From the NCBI RefSeq assembly GCF_964204645.1, contig NC_134032.1, positions 13,380,275 through 13,444,274 of the forward strand: a stretch of 64,000 bases of DNA. Direction: 5' to 3'. The stretch is from Tubulanus polymorphus (lineage: Eukaryota; Animalia; Nemertea). Positions within the stretch are counted from its first letter, which is position 1; every line of letters begins with the position of its first letter. Below are positions 34,920-48,300 of this stretch, one piece after another. The notes beneath the pieces were generated by a model, which made no database searches, was not told the origin of the DNA, and was given only the letters and a program-made list of their open reading frames with translations. The position numbers were made by a program, and so were the translations under genes.

Positions 34920-37900
34920 AATCTGTCATTGGGCGATAAACCGCTGCTGGCTGAATTTCTCATCTGGACTTCTAGGCCTAAGCAGTTGAATTCAAGTTGG
35001 ACTCTTCTGTGGTAGTTGATGATTTCAATTCAAGTTGGAATCTTCTGTTGTCTGTTTTAATCAATAGATTCTAGATGGTTAGTTGACCTAAGTATGGGCT
35101 TTTTCTTATAGATGTGATCTAGCTAAAATGCACAAAAGGAGATATGCTGTATTCACACAATATTTCATATAGCATTAACAATAATAAATTCCATGTAAAT
35201 CAATTTACCTTTCAAGATAACTGGGTTTAGTGTCAGCTAGGAGTTCTAAGTTGGTTGATTAGTAAAATTCAAGGTGCATTCTTCTGTTGTCTGTTCTAAT
35301 CAGTAGGTTCTAGATGGTTAGTTGATCTTAGTATGGGCTTTTTCTTATAGATGTGATTTAGCTGAAATGCACAAAAGCAGACATGCTGTATTCACACAAT
35401 ATTTCATATAGCATTAATGATAATAGATTCCATGTGAATAAACTTACCTTTCAAGATTGCTGAGTTTAGTATCGGCTAGGATCGTCTAAGTCGGTTCATG
35501 AGTTAAATTCGTTCTGTGGTAGTTGATGATGATTTTAATTCAAGTTGGAATATTCTGTTGGCTATTCGAATCAGTACATTTTTCACTAGTTAATAATAGG
35601 CTGAGCGTTTTCTTATAGATGTAATTTAGCTGAAATGAATGAAAGAAGATATCCTGTAATTATACAATATCTTACAATATACACAATTTTTCATATAGCA
35701 TTAACCATAACAAATTCCATGTAAATCAATTTACCTTTCAAGATAACTGGATTTAGTGTTGGCTAGGAGTTCTAAGTTAGTTGATTAGTAAAATTCAAGG
35801 TGCATTCTTCTGTTGTCTGTTCTAATCAGTAGATTCTAGATGGTTAGTTGATCTTAGTATGGGCTTTTTCTAATAGATGTGATTTAGCTGAAATGCACAA
35901 AAGGAGATATCCTGTATTCACACAATATTCCATATAGCATTAATGATAATAGATTCCATGTGAATCAACTTACCTTTCAAGATAACTGGGTTTAGCGTCG
36001 GCTAGGTGTTCTTAGTTGGTTGATTAGTAAAATTCAAGGTGCATTCTTCTGTAGTCTGTTCTAATCAGTAGATTCTAGATGGTTAGTTGATCTTAGTATG
36101 GGCTTTTTCTTATAGATGTGATTTGTGATAACTGGGTTTAGTGTCGGCTAGGATTGTCTAAGTCTGTTCATGATTTAAATTCGTTGCACTCTTCTGTGGT
36201 AGTTGATGAGTTCAATTCGAGTTAGAATCTTCCGTTGGCTTTTCTAATCAGTAGATTTTTGAGTAGTTAATCTTAGGATGGCCTATTTCTATAGATGAGA
36301 TTTAACTGAAATGATTAAAAGAAAATATCCTGTATTCACATAATTCTTTATATAGCATTGATCATAATTTCCATGTCAATCAATTTACCTTTAACGATTG
36401 CTGGCTTCAGTATTGGCTTGGATCCTCGGTGTGTTCGGACATTAGTTACGAACCCCAACTGCCTAATTGTAGAAGTAGCATTAGTTCATCACTGTTTAAG
36501 ACTAATGACGGCCGGATATATATCAGATCGGCAATGTGGACCGGTGCATAGATTTTGGTAATTAAATGCCTCTTATGTGCGCTGTTCTCTAATTGGCAGA
36601 TTTCAAACGAGTTGTTGACCTCAAGTGCCGCAGTTTCATATAGATATTATTTAGCTGAAATGAGTAAACAAAGATATCCTGTAAATACAAATATTTCATT
36701 CAGAATTAATCGTAACTAGTGGAAAGCCCATGGAAACGTAAACGTAGAACTTCCGGCTTATTAATGCATTGCACCATACGTCCAGTAACGATGGAGCAAT
36801 CGGTACGACAATTCAGTATTATATTAACAAGATAATTTCACGTATATCAAGTTACCTTTCATGATTGCTGGGTTCATTATCAATGAGGATCTCCTAAGTT
36901 GGTTGGTTGTAGTTGAGATCAATTCAAATTCGCCCCTTCTGTGCATGGTTCTCTAATCGGCAGATTTCAAATGAGTTGTTGATCTCAAGCGCCGCAGTTT
37001 CATATAGATATTATTTAGCTGAAATTAGTTTAAAAAAATATCCTGTAAATACAAATATTTCATTCAGAATTAATCGTAACTAGTGGAAAGCCCGTGGAAA
37101 CCACGGGAGATTTTTAAACGAAGAACTTCCGACTTATTAATTCGTTGCACCATACATAAATGGCCCACCACATAAATGCCATAAATTCAATGGAAACCAT
37201 GCCCAAGCGATGAAAGACGTCGAGATCTACAACTGGGTGATTTCAGGGCAATACATCCAGTAACGACGGAGCAGAAAAAAGTTTTCACTCGGTACCGTCG
37301 GTTGGTCGGGTTACGGCAAACGGACCATTATTTTGGGTTGGCCTTATTATTCATAATATTTCCATGTAAATCAACTTACCTTTCAAGATTGTCGAGTTTA
37401 GTATCAGCTAGGATTGTCTAAGTCGGTTCATGATTTAAATTCGTTGGACTCTTCTGTGGTAGTTGATGAGTTCAATTCGAGTTAGAATCTTCCGTTGGCT
37501 TTTCTAATCAGTAGATTATTGAGTAGTTATTAGGATGGGCTTTTTCTTATAGATGAGATTTAACTGAAATGATTAAGAGAAAATATCCTGTATTCACATA
37601 ATTCTTTATATAGCATTGATCACAATTTCCATGTATATCAACTTACCTTTAACGATTGCTGGCTTCAGTATTGGCTTGGATCCTGGGTGTGTTCGGACAT
37701 TAGTTTCGAACCCCAACTGACTAATTATTTGTTGTAGTAGTAGCATTAGTTCATCACTGTTTAAGACTAATGACGGCCGGATATATATCAGATCAGCAAT
37801 GTGGACCGGTGCATAGATTTTGGTAATTAAATGCCTCTTATGTGCGCTGTTCTCTAATCGGCAGAGTTTAAAGGAGTTGTTGATCTCAAGCGCGGCTGGT

Positions 37901-39710
37901 TCATAGATAGGATAAAGCTGAAAGAAAGATATCGTGTAAATACAAATATTTCATTCAGAATTAATCGTAACTAGTGGAAAGCTCGTGGACACCACGGGTG
38001 ATTTTAATCGAAGAACTTCCAACTTATTATTTCATTGCATGTTAATTGAGTATTTGGGCATTTTAAAGTGGCCTAATTTATGTGGTGTGATCAGCTGTGC
38101 CCATATAGAGATATTACAGGATCTCAGGACTCACTTGACCGTCTTCCCATGGAGGCCCAAGGTTATAGAACTATAGATAGAAACAAATATGTAAAGTACC
38201 GATATGATCATTTCATAATGTGTGAATTTCGTGAACCGGCAGCTGGGTCACAAAGGCAGCAGTAGCTCGTACTGTATCAACAGTGACAACAGTGGCTGTC
38301 TCTAGTCAGTGGCTATGCCAGCTGACCCATGCACCCTCTGTGAACAGTAGGAGAGACTACAAAAATTTGGAAAGTGGCCCACCACATAAATTCCAAAATA
38401 ATTTTTAATGGAAACCATGCCCAAGCGATAAAAGACGTCGAGATCTACCGCCGGGCAAATTTTCAGGGCAATACATCCAGTAATGACGGAGCAGTCAGTA
38501 CAACAATTCGGTATTATTATATAAGATAATTTCATGTATATCAACTTACCTTTTATTATCGGCAGATTTTAAACGAGCTGTTGATCTCATGAGCGGCAGT
38601 TTCATGTAGAAAGGATTTAGCTGAAAATGAGTAAACAAAGATATCCTGTAAATACAGATATTTCATACAGAATTCAGGCCCCTTCTGTGCGCTGGACTCT
38701 AATCGGCAGATTTTAAACGAGTTGTTGATCTCATGAGCGGCAGTTTCATATAGAAAGGATTTAGCTGAAAATGAGTAAACAAAGATATCCTGTAAATACA
38801 GATATTTCATTCAGAATTCAGGCCCCTTCTGTGCGCTGTACTCTAATCGGCAGATTTTAGATGAGTTGTTGACCTCAAGCGCTCGATTTACTTTGTATGA
38901 ATTTCCTGACCCAGCAGCCGGGTCACATCGTACTGTATCAACTGTGACAATAGTGGCTGTCTCAAGTCAGTGGCTATGCCAGCAGACCCATGCGCCCTCT
39001 GTTTACAGTAGGAGAGACTACAAAAATTTGGCAAATGTTCCAGTTGGTCGATTTTGGAAGAGTTGTTGATCTCAAGCTGGGTTTTTTCTTATAGTTGCAA
39101 TTTAGCTGCTATGATTAAAAGAAGATAGGCTGTAATGACAAATTATTTCATTTAGAATTCATCATTATCATTTCCATAAAATATCAACTTACATTTCAAG
39201 TTTGCTGGGTTCTGTATCAGTTAAAATGTTCTATGTTCATTGATGCATTTGATTTAAGCTTGAATTGTTGTGTGGGCTGTTCTTATCGGTAGATTCATGA
39301 TTTGTTGTTGATCTCAAGCTGGGCAGTTTGATGAAGATAGGATTCAGCTGAAGAGTAAACAAAGATATCATGTAATCACAAAACATTTCATTGAGAATGA
39401 ATTGAAATAATTCCATCCATACTAAGTTACCTTTTATGATTGCTGGATTCATTATCGGCGTGGATCATCTATGTTGGTTGGTTGATTCTAGTTGGCTGTG
39501 CACTGTTCCAGTTGGTCGATTTTGGACGAGTGTTTGATCTCAAGCTGGGTTTTTTCTTATAGTTGAAATTTAGCTGCAATGATTAAAAGAAGATATCCTG
39601 TAATGACAAAGTATTTCATTTAGAATTTATCGCAATAATTTCAACTATATTAAGTTACCTTTTATGATTCCCGGGTTCATTATCGACAAGGGTCTCCTAA
39701 GTTGGTAGTC
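34920..39710 (-). ncRNA. Putative spliced non-coding (or pseudogenised) transcript made of ~235-bp exon+intron modules, copy 1
   Basis: About 14 recurring TTTCAG|CTAAA-type acceptors and about 12 AAAG|GTAA(G/A/C)T donors spaced by ~85-nt introns; exons translated had stops. Confidence 0.45.
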
Positions 39711-42133
39711 TAATTTTACATATCTTTTGTTGTTTTTTTCTAGTCCGAAAGTTTACAATGTTTGAATTTTGTCTAATTTAACATTTCTTTGCTTTTCTTT
39801 TCATGTAAATAGTCCGAAAGTTTACAAGGTTAAGATTATTTTGTCTAAGTTTTACTTTTTACTTTTGCTTTTCCGTAAAGTTTTTTTTGTAAAGTTTTTT
39901 CGAAATCGGAAATCGAAGTACAGATATAGTTGCGTGATCGGCGATCGATTTTACATAAATTTTCTTTTCTTGAAATCCAAACACATAACGGGAAATTCGG
40001 TTCCGGTGCCTTCAATTAATCTTCCAACCAGTCTGAACCGGCAAGCGTCTGATTGGGGACTGCCTATTTTAATACATCGAGATTTGGAATATCTATATTA
40101 CAAGGTTGAAGATCATTTTGTACATTTTATGACTAGTTGATCATATAGTTCAAACCTGCTAGTAATATTGCCCCTATATACATTTCGATTCCCAGCTAAA
40201 CTATGTTCGTATTATTAAATTAACTTCATCGCCAATTAATAAACTTTAAGAGATATGTATTCTTCCCACAGACATCTGTGCCCAGTGAATGGTATTCTAA
40301 TCCATTTCAGTAATTCTAAATATTGCTGGTAAAATATATACAATGATATACTTATGATTATGATAATATAACTAGCTTAACGAACCCAGAATTCCCCAAA
40401 ACCTAACTGATTCAACAGATCCCACACACATGTGGCCCAGTTAGACGCAGACAACATTGCACGATACAGTCGTCTCATCCACTGCGCTATTTTTAATAAA
40501 CTTAAATTTGTTATATTGAATTAATTCTAACTAATTTTCTGATATCTAAGTGATCCATTAATTAGTAATCATACTAGCCACAATTAATTGTCAGTCGAAC
40601 AATATTTATATGGAGCCTGAAAACCTACACGAGTAGAATTTCAGATGTGGTGAATTCATCACTATTTGAATTCATCAGAACTTAAGATAAAATCCCATTT
40701 TTAGTGGTAAATTAAAAATTCCCTTACCCGAATTGCAATATAATCTTTATTTCCCTGTTACAGTACACTGTGTATAAGGATCAAAAGACCTTGTTATGAC
40801 CGGACCTCCCTGGTGCGGTGCAAGAAATGATGCTGGAATATAGTTTGAAGGAGAGGGGTTAGTAAAAGAGAGCTATTAGCAAGAGGAATAAGACCTAAGT
40901 TCAGGATATCCTGTCAGAATAAGGCTCTCAATCTGACATACACAGTGAAATTGAAATATTCCCCCTCCCAAATTCAGGAATGTATTTGTGCAAGTACAGA
41001 TTTGTTTTATCTCCCTTCGATCGGAAGTAAATCTGCATTAAATGATTTTGGCAATATGTTTCAAAACTAATACAGCTGTATGAAGACACAATAGGTTCAC
41101 TTAGATACAGATGAATAAGTAATGTGCTTAGATACACATTGTATCAGCTACATTTTTGATGTCTATGTACTTGAATTAAAAATAATTTCACATCATTGAA
41201 TTTACCTTAATTGTAGATATCTAAGTAATACCTTAATGAGTAATTCACCTTAGTTATATCCTTACTCATCCTCCAAGTTTTTTGTCCCGCGTGTTGACTA
41301 GGTAATGATATTGTTGGAACGTCCAATGGTGCCATCGGACTGAGTCCCAAAGTCGGATTATGGATGTTGGTATCACCAGACTTCCCACCATCGGAGTTTG
41401 ACTTCTGGCTAGCGAAATGACAAGATGAAGAGAGCATATTATATATTAAGTCAAAATGTTTGTCAGACAGAGCCTGACCACTGTGGTTTGAGAAAGCTTT
41501 AATTATCTCATAACCATCCCTATCATTAATAGTATTAACTATTTTTGTGCCACAGATTTATGCCAGCTCCGTTCGTGTCTGGGTTAGGTACATATACAGC
41601 CAAACCATGTACCTCTTCCCCACACAATAAGTGTTTTTTGAGAACACCTGTATTTTGGAATTAGTAAAAATCAACCCCTGATATACCACTATTGCCCCAA
41701 GTTTGCTTAAAATGAGCTGAAATTAAATAGTACATAATCATTAATTAACAAGACAAAATTTGCAACCATATCTAACTTTGATAGTGGATGATGAAAAAGA
41801 TGAAAGGCCAGGATGAGGGGTCTGAATCAGAAATCGAAGATACAGAGTTTACGATGTATTTGAAGTACACAAAAGATGCTCGAGATTACAGAGTTCACGA
41901 ATACAAAATAGACGATATCATCCGCTGCGACAAGAAAAATTGGGAAAGATTTTGATGGAAGGGGAAAGAACCTTGGATGAAAAATAAAATTTACACAGTT
42001 TCACGGCTTAAATCGAAGTACAACCATATAGACGCTGGTAATACATAGTTTTAACGGCTTTACATCATATTTGATCTAACCGGAGAGAAAGAAGTCAGCA
42101 CAGAACTTCTGGCTGATAACAGCAAAGTCCGGT

Positions 42134-42753
42134 TCTCAGGGTTCCAACTGGCAGCGGCAGAGTCGGAGTTCTCTAACGTGGCCTCGTCCCAGCTAGTGGC
42201 CGGGTGCCGATGACACTGGTGTTACTACGGAGGACCCGCAATCAGAGTAAGACAGGAAGCGACAAGCAACTTCGGCTTCGGGGGATATCCGATCTTCAAG
42301 CATCAACACCAAAAGACAACCGGCACCCAGATGAGAGAGAAAAACTGGGTGAACGGGGAGCCCATCAGCAAGATGCCAATGGGTAGCCTTAGGCGAAGAA
42401 ACCAGCCGATTCAGACCAGAATGGACCTAACTGGGGACCCAATTGAGAATTGAGCACACCACCTAAGACAACCGACACCCAGATGACGAGGAAAAACTGG
42501 GTGAACGGGGAGCCCATCAGCAAGATGCCAATGGGTAGCCTTAGGCAATGAACCAGCAGATTCACACTAGAATGGACCAAACTGGGGACCTAAAGATCCA
42601 ACAGCCCCCTCAGTCGAAGATTGCTACCGCCCCCATCTTATTCTGATCGCAGGTCCCCCGTAGTAACATCCGCATCACCAGCACTCCGCACTAGCTGGTG
42701 CGAGGCCACGTTAGAGAACTCCGACTCTGCCGCTGCCAGTTGAAACCCTGAGA
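42134..42753. repeat. Inverted repeat (~165-bp arms) enclosing two ~145-bp direct repeats; second copy at 55794-56417
   Basis: TCTCAGGGTTCCAACTGGCAGCGGCAGAGTCGGAGTTCTCTAACGTGGCCTCG and its reverse complement. Confidence 0.85.
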
Positions 42754-45315
42754 TTGAGAGGGCAGGGGCGAATGAAATGAAAGAAAAAAAAATGAAAAAA
42801 CAAAAATAATATAGAAAAATAATGAAAAAAATGAGATATAAAATATACCACACATTCATACGACACATATAAGCTCCATTCACTCCTCTTGCACACACCA
42901 CGCACACAACTCCATCCACCGCACACACAACTCCATCCACCGCACACATAACTCCATCCACCGCATACATAACTCCATCCACCGCCACCGGCGCCACGCC
43001 ACCACTCCGAAAAACACCGCGCCACAAGATCGCCAGGAAACACAGCAAAAGCTGACGAGCTCGAGAGAACGCCATCTGATCGTGTCAAAGACTAGTACTC
43101 GATTGAACGATTGTGGAGAAATTCCGCACTCTACAGTATCAAATGCAAACATAAATGTAGATATTTTATTGAACGGAACTGATTTTCAGTCCACGTCAGT
43201 TGAAAACCCGTTTTGATCGATGTTTTAATGTTTATTTTAAATACAAATTAGATTTAAGACCTAACTAATATCTAATTGTGAGGGTAGGATAAAAGGATCG
43301 CGGATAAATTTCCTGCTCGCATGCCACAGCTCTGTCAAATCTCAATCGTCTAGTGCTGCCCCTAAATACTGTGGCGAATACATAAACTAATCGATTAATA
43401 TACTCTACCCGTATTTGTACATGAGGCCTACCGTTTACTTATCTTGCTTTACGTCGTTCGTGTCTTGTGGTTTCCCAAGACCATAAATCATATTGGATCC
43501 ATTTTCAGGGGTAGAGCTAGATAATTAAATGGTAATTGTCCGAACAGTAGATTGTTCTATTTTTTCTCCACGTCAAAGTTAATAGTTTAAAAATTCAAAA
43601 TACAAATTATGTTCAAATTCAGATTTCACAAACAACAACTCGTTGGCCCACTGAAAGATAGCAGCGAAACAATCTTCGGGTAATAAATGTTAGAAAGAAT
43701 TAGGTTATCCTCTCAGGGCCTGGTTAATTGCGTTTCCGTAGCGTATGGAAAAAGTAAAGCAAAGGAGGTAGGCCTGACCATGTAGGCTTACATTATCCAA
43801 CTACAAAAGCCTTGACGCAACATAAACAAAATCGAAAAGGAAAATATCAAAAATGCAGGATATCACATGCTTGAAGTAGCTTGGGCTTGAAGCTAATTAC
43901 ACCACGAGGGCATATCTAGGCAAACATATCCGAATTTCAATTGCTAGACTTGCTAGAGTGTGGTCGAATGAGAGAGTATAGCATCTCAGGGAATGTCTAG
44001 AAGTTCAAATCACACTGCGTAGATTTGTTCACGTCAAAATTTCATATCAAACTCAAACAGTACCATAAGAATGAGCACCTGAATTCTACATCAAGGACAG
44101 GGGGCCATTTTATCAGAATCTGGGAAGAAATCCGTTGAGGAAGCGATGGATAAAGGCAAATGCATCTGATTTAAAACAAAACATGTTTTGAACATTAGTT
44201 TCCATAATATTGAAAGTATGCCTAGTTACAATATTTCTCATTAAAAAACCAAAACCCACCCTGAAAGATATATTCCAAGGAGGTTGGTTTGCAATTTAGG
44301 TGGTAAACTATTGGAGATTTGGCTGTGGAAGGTATGAATCACATTATGTTTCATTCAGTAGCCTATGTCGTAATACATAGCGATTGTGCACTCGGATTTC
44401 ACGTCACAGTCGAATGATCGTGGGTGGGTATCTCAGGGAATTCACTATACGCCAGATCAATTGAGTCTATTCACGCTCGTAACACAAACTAAGTCCCGTA
44501 CTAACGTACGGTCAGCCCTATGTTTATGGGCCCTGGTTGTTAACTATTAAGACGATTTTTGATGACTGCGGTCTTTCGTTTTAGGTTGTTTGGTCATTGT
44601 TCTGAAGGTTGACCAAATTTCATCTGGGTTTTCATGCAGACTTTTCGAATTTGTCTGCCCAGGCTTTCTTAGCGTTTTGAATACTTAATTGGTGGTTTCC
44701 TCAGCAGAAGGCAAGGAGATGGAGTTTCTTTGTTTTTGTGAATTGTGCTATTGATGAATGGATTTACGAGTTTATCATGGACGTTAGAGTCTGATACATT
44801 GTCCTTGTTACCGATTCCCTACAACCGTTTTTTGTTTGTAGAACGACGGCTATAGGTACTAGACTATCATGGACGTAAACTAGTTTATACGTCCATATGA
44901 GTTTATCAAATGTTCCACTGCCGGGTTGAATACGCGCCTCTGTACCCAGCTCAACGATATCGAATTCCAGAGTCCCACGTCATTGCGGTCCCAGATCCGA
45001 CGCGAGTGGATTGAGTGCATGATTGAATAATAAAACCCCGGCAATAGACAGATTTTAATTCATAAAAATTCTTATTCAATTGAGTGGAGACATATTAGGC
45101 TTTTTAGATTACTTGCAGTGTGCATCCTCTGGAAATTCTGCCAATAACTTCATTGCGCTTACCACTCATAATTTGAAAAAACCCAAATTTCATTCTTTGA
45201 TTTTGATACTGGATTAAACGGTACATCAGAATGTAAATACAGGAGTCCATATTAAGAATTTCGTTTCTTGTTTTCAGTCTTAAAATGATATTATCTGTTT
45301 TTTCCAAAGTATTTT

Positions 45316-48300
45316 AAAGCCTGTTTGGTCAACGGATGGCTATAGTGACAATCAAAAAAGATTGCTGATTCCACAATACTCTTCGGCAGCTAAACACTTG
45401 CTTCTAACCGGTCAACTAAGTGTCTGTGTGTCCGGTTTAAGCTGTATTGCAATTGATATAATCGCATCATCATTTTTTCCGCACATCCTCGTCTCCGGAC
45501 AATGTTGGTGGAAATATTGGGTTGAAAAAAGAGGTGGATTGCAAAAAAACCACTGACTGGTCAACTAACAAAGTCCAGAATAGCTAATTAACAAATAAAA
45601 TAAAGAATTTCAAACAATTATATTTATTATCATACAATAATTATACAAAATGCCAGGTATGTGCTCGAGGAATTATAACGTAAGTTCCTCAAACACGTGG
45701 ACTGTATTTCAAAAACAGTCCAACCATGGACGCATAAACTATAAACTAAATTAATGGTTCAACCATAGACTCTAAAATGGAAATGTCTATGGGCCACAAC
45801 CATGGGCTCTAAACTGTAAGAGTCCATGGCTCCCCGCACTAAAACCAGAGGTAAACCTGGCCAATTAACCTGGAAAGTGTAAGATTTAATGTTGAATCAA
45901 TCTGATTTACATTTTTACTCTTAAAAGTTGACCCGGCCAGCCGCCTATCTACCTTATAGGTATTACTTTAAAATCATGATCATAACCATAACAGATTCGG
46001 CAGTTATAGAGATTAACTGACTACAAATTTCATTGTTATTTACAAAATGACAGCTGGCTGATCAGGAAAAACAAGGTTTCATTTTTAGCCTTATAATGAG
46101 CTATCCAAAAAATTACCGTACTAGCCTTTAACATCACAATTGCTACTTCAAGGTATTTCAAGGTTTTTATTCACCAAAAACATTTTGACTACAACTGTTT
46201 CAGAAAATTTGAATCAATAGGATAATAATAATATAACACAAATAATTGTAAACTTTGATTCATAAAACACCGACAATTGGGACCAGTCTGAATGTCTAAG
46301 ACTATTAATTTGACAATTCAAGGCATAAGTGACATTTCGCTATTTCATGAAATATGAAGCATTTTACCATATCAACTCTTCAAATGACAATGTAGGAGAT
46401 ATTTAGGATACTCTGTTTATGTATCATCAATCATCAAAGAACTACATAACGTATCTCCAACATATAAACATTAAAACTCCATAAATCCACAAATTCGCTC
46501 TCTCAAATAATCAATCTCTAATTTCATTTCATTACATCATTCTTAAAAGAAAACCGAAATTTCCCAAACTTTGCTTTGTATTTGAGGAATTGTAAGTTAC
46601 TCATTAACAAATGAGTGAACTGTATTCGAAAAACAGTTCAACATAAAAGCATTATAACTAATGAAACCTACAGATTCAATCTTGAAAGCTTGAGATTAAC
46701 TAATCAATCTTCATTTTTTTCATTTCCATTAACATTATTTTACAAACTAGAGTTTTAAGTAAGATAACTAGAGTTTTGCCAAACTTGCCTGAGGTTTTCA
46801 AACATTATCAATGTTATTTTCAAACATTGAGTCGTTTAATGCAAAGTATTTTGAAGGTTTTTTTAATTAAGATATATTGAGTATCATCGTATAGATATTT
46901 CATCTATCCATATATCTAGGTAAAATACAAATAACTGATCGCTGAGATATCTACAATTAAACTGAATTCGATAACTTTTCGAGATCGGGAATGCATCGTG
47001 TGCAGATTTGAATCGGGCCCCATATATTGTAAAACCGACAATAGCTATCAAAACATAGCTAGGACAATTTACTAATCAACACTGTTTATATATCATCATT
47101 TATAGTAAATAATGCTCCTCTATATTTAATAGGACCTCAGTTTGATAGTTGCTATAAACCTAACTAAACAGTCGAAAAATGTTAAGATGAATAATGAAGA
47201 CATATGAGTCGTTTTATTCTCATGACAAAAATTACACCCTGCTAAATGACAGGTATTTACTCGAGGAATTATCATCTAAGTACCTTGTTAACAAATGGAC
47301 TGTATTTTAATAACAGTTCAACATAAAAACATTTAAACAAGAGACAAAACCTACAAAGTCCCACTTCCGCTGACCCTCGTCTTAAGAACTTAAGATTTTC
47401 AAACATTATCAGTTCACTCATTTAATACTACGTTATTTCAGGGAAAACATGACAATAATTTTACTATCGATAACTAATCACGTTTATAGCTGTTTAACAT
47501 TCTTTCTAAAAAAGAGTAAAATGTAAAATCTCCCAGATATTATCCCTAAAACAATCAACAGTAACAGCAGTGACAGGGTGTGCTATAGGTAAAAGGGCGG
47601 GTGATCTTTCATCAGTTATTTGAAGCATTCCATCGAATCAGTTATTTTTTTAGTGTGTTTGATTTAGTTAAGGTTTATGGTTATTTGTTTTGTTTATTAC
47701 TAACTGTCCGATAGAATGCTTAAGACAACAACAGAAATGATCATAAGAGGTTGGGAAACTCTAGAGAAGGTTGTTCCATGTGAAGAAGAACCTTTAATGA
47801 TTAGATTAAGTTATTTAAAAAAAATTCCTGATGATGAAGGCCCTATAATTATAGAAGTAAACTAATTGTTTGTTCGTTTTTGTTTATTTTTTATTAGTTA
47901 TTTGTTTTTTTTTTAATATTTATTTTGTTATGTATTTTTTATTCATTGTTTTTTTATTGATTTATTTCTTTGATTATGTTCTATGTATTTTGTACTATTT
48001 TTTATTATCTACATCAACAGGAATTTCTTACCGGTGGAAATATGGGCTCACTTTAAAAAAGTGCTACAAATTCACTGCTGCACCTAAATAATTGTTTATC
48101 ATTAAACACCCCGATTTGGAGTTAAGCGATCATTGAAAGCCATTCATCCTTATGATATGGATGACGATGAAAGAAGTTAAAACAGCTATAAACGGAATTA
48201 AAACGATGAAAATTTATTGCTGGCCATTATCATTTATTCCTTTATATCACATTATTCCTAGCTATACCTCTCTTATACCTCTGTGGATACAATGTACTAA

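Larger units (their letters stand above)
30823..45315. repeat. Tandem duplication, copy 1 (~14.5 kb)
   Basis: Colinear with 45316-58961 from AAAGCCTGTTTGGTC to CCAAAGTATTTTAA. Confidence 0.93.

Noticed and set aside
34770-39710. Ciliate genetic code (TAA/TAG=Gln) or 23-27-nt micro-introns explaining the module array
   Set aside because: TGA stops and phase changes remain, flanking genes use TAA/TAG as stops, and the tiny GT..AG pieces are parts of a ~42-bp repeat.
42638-43152. Overlapping 90-145-aa ORFs
   Set aside because: They arise from a 21-bp repeat and a T-rich tract lacking stops, and the C-termini differ between the two copies.
44560-44760. Possible LINE ORF2 relic (IQNAKKAWADKFEKS / ENPDEIWSTFRTMTK, minus strand)
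   Set aside because: Short, frameshifted and without a catalytic motif; cannot be supported without a search.
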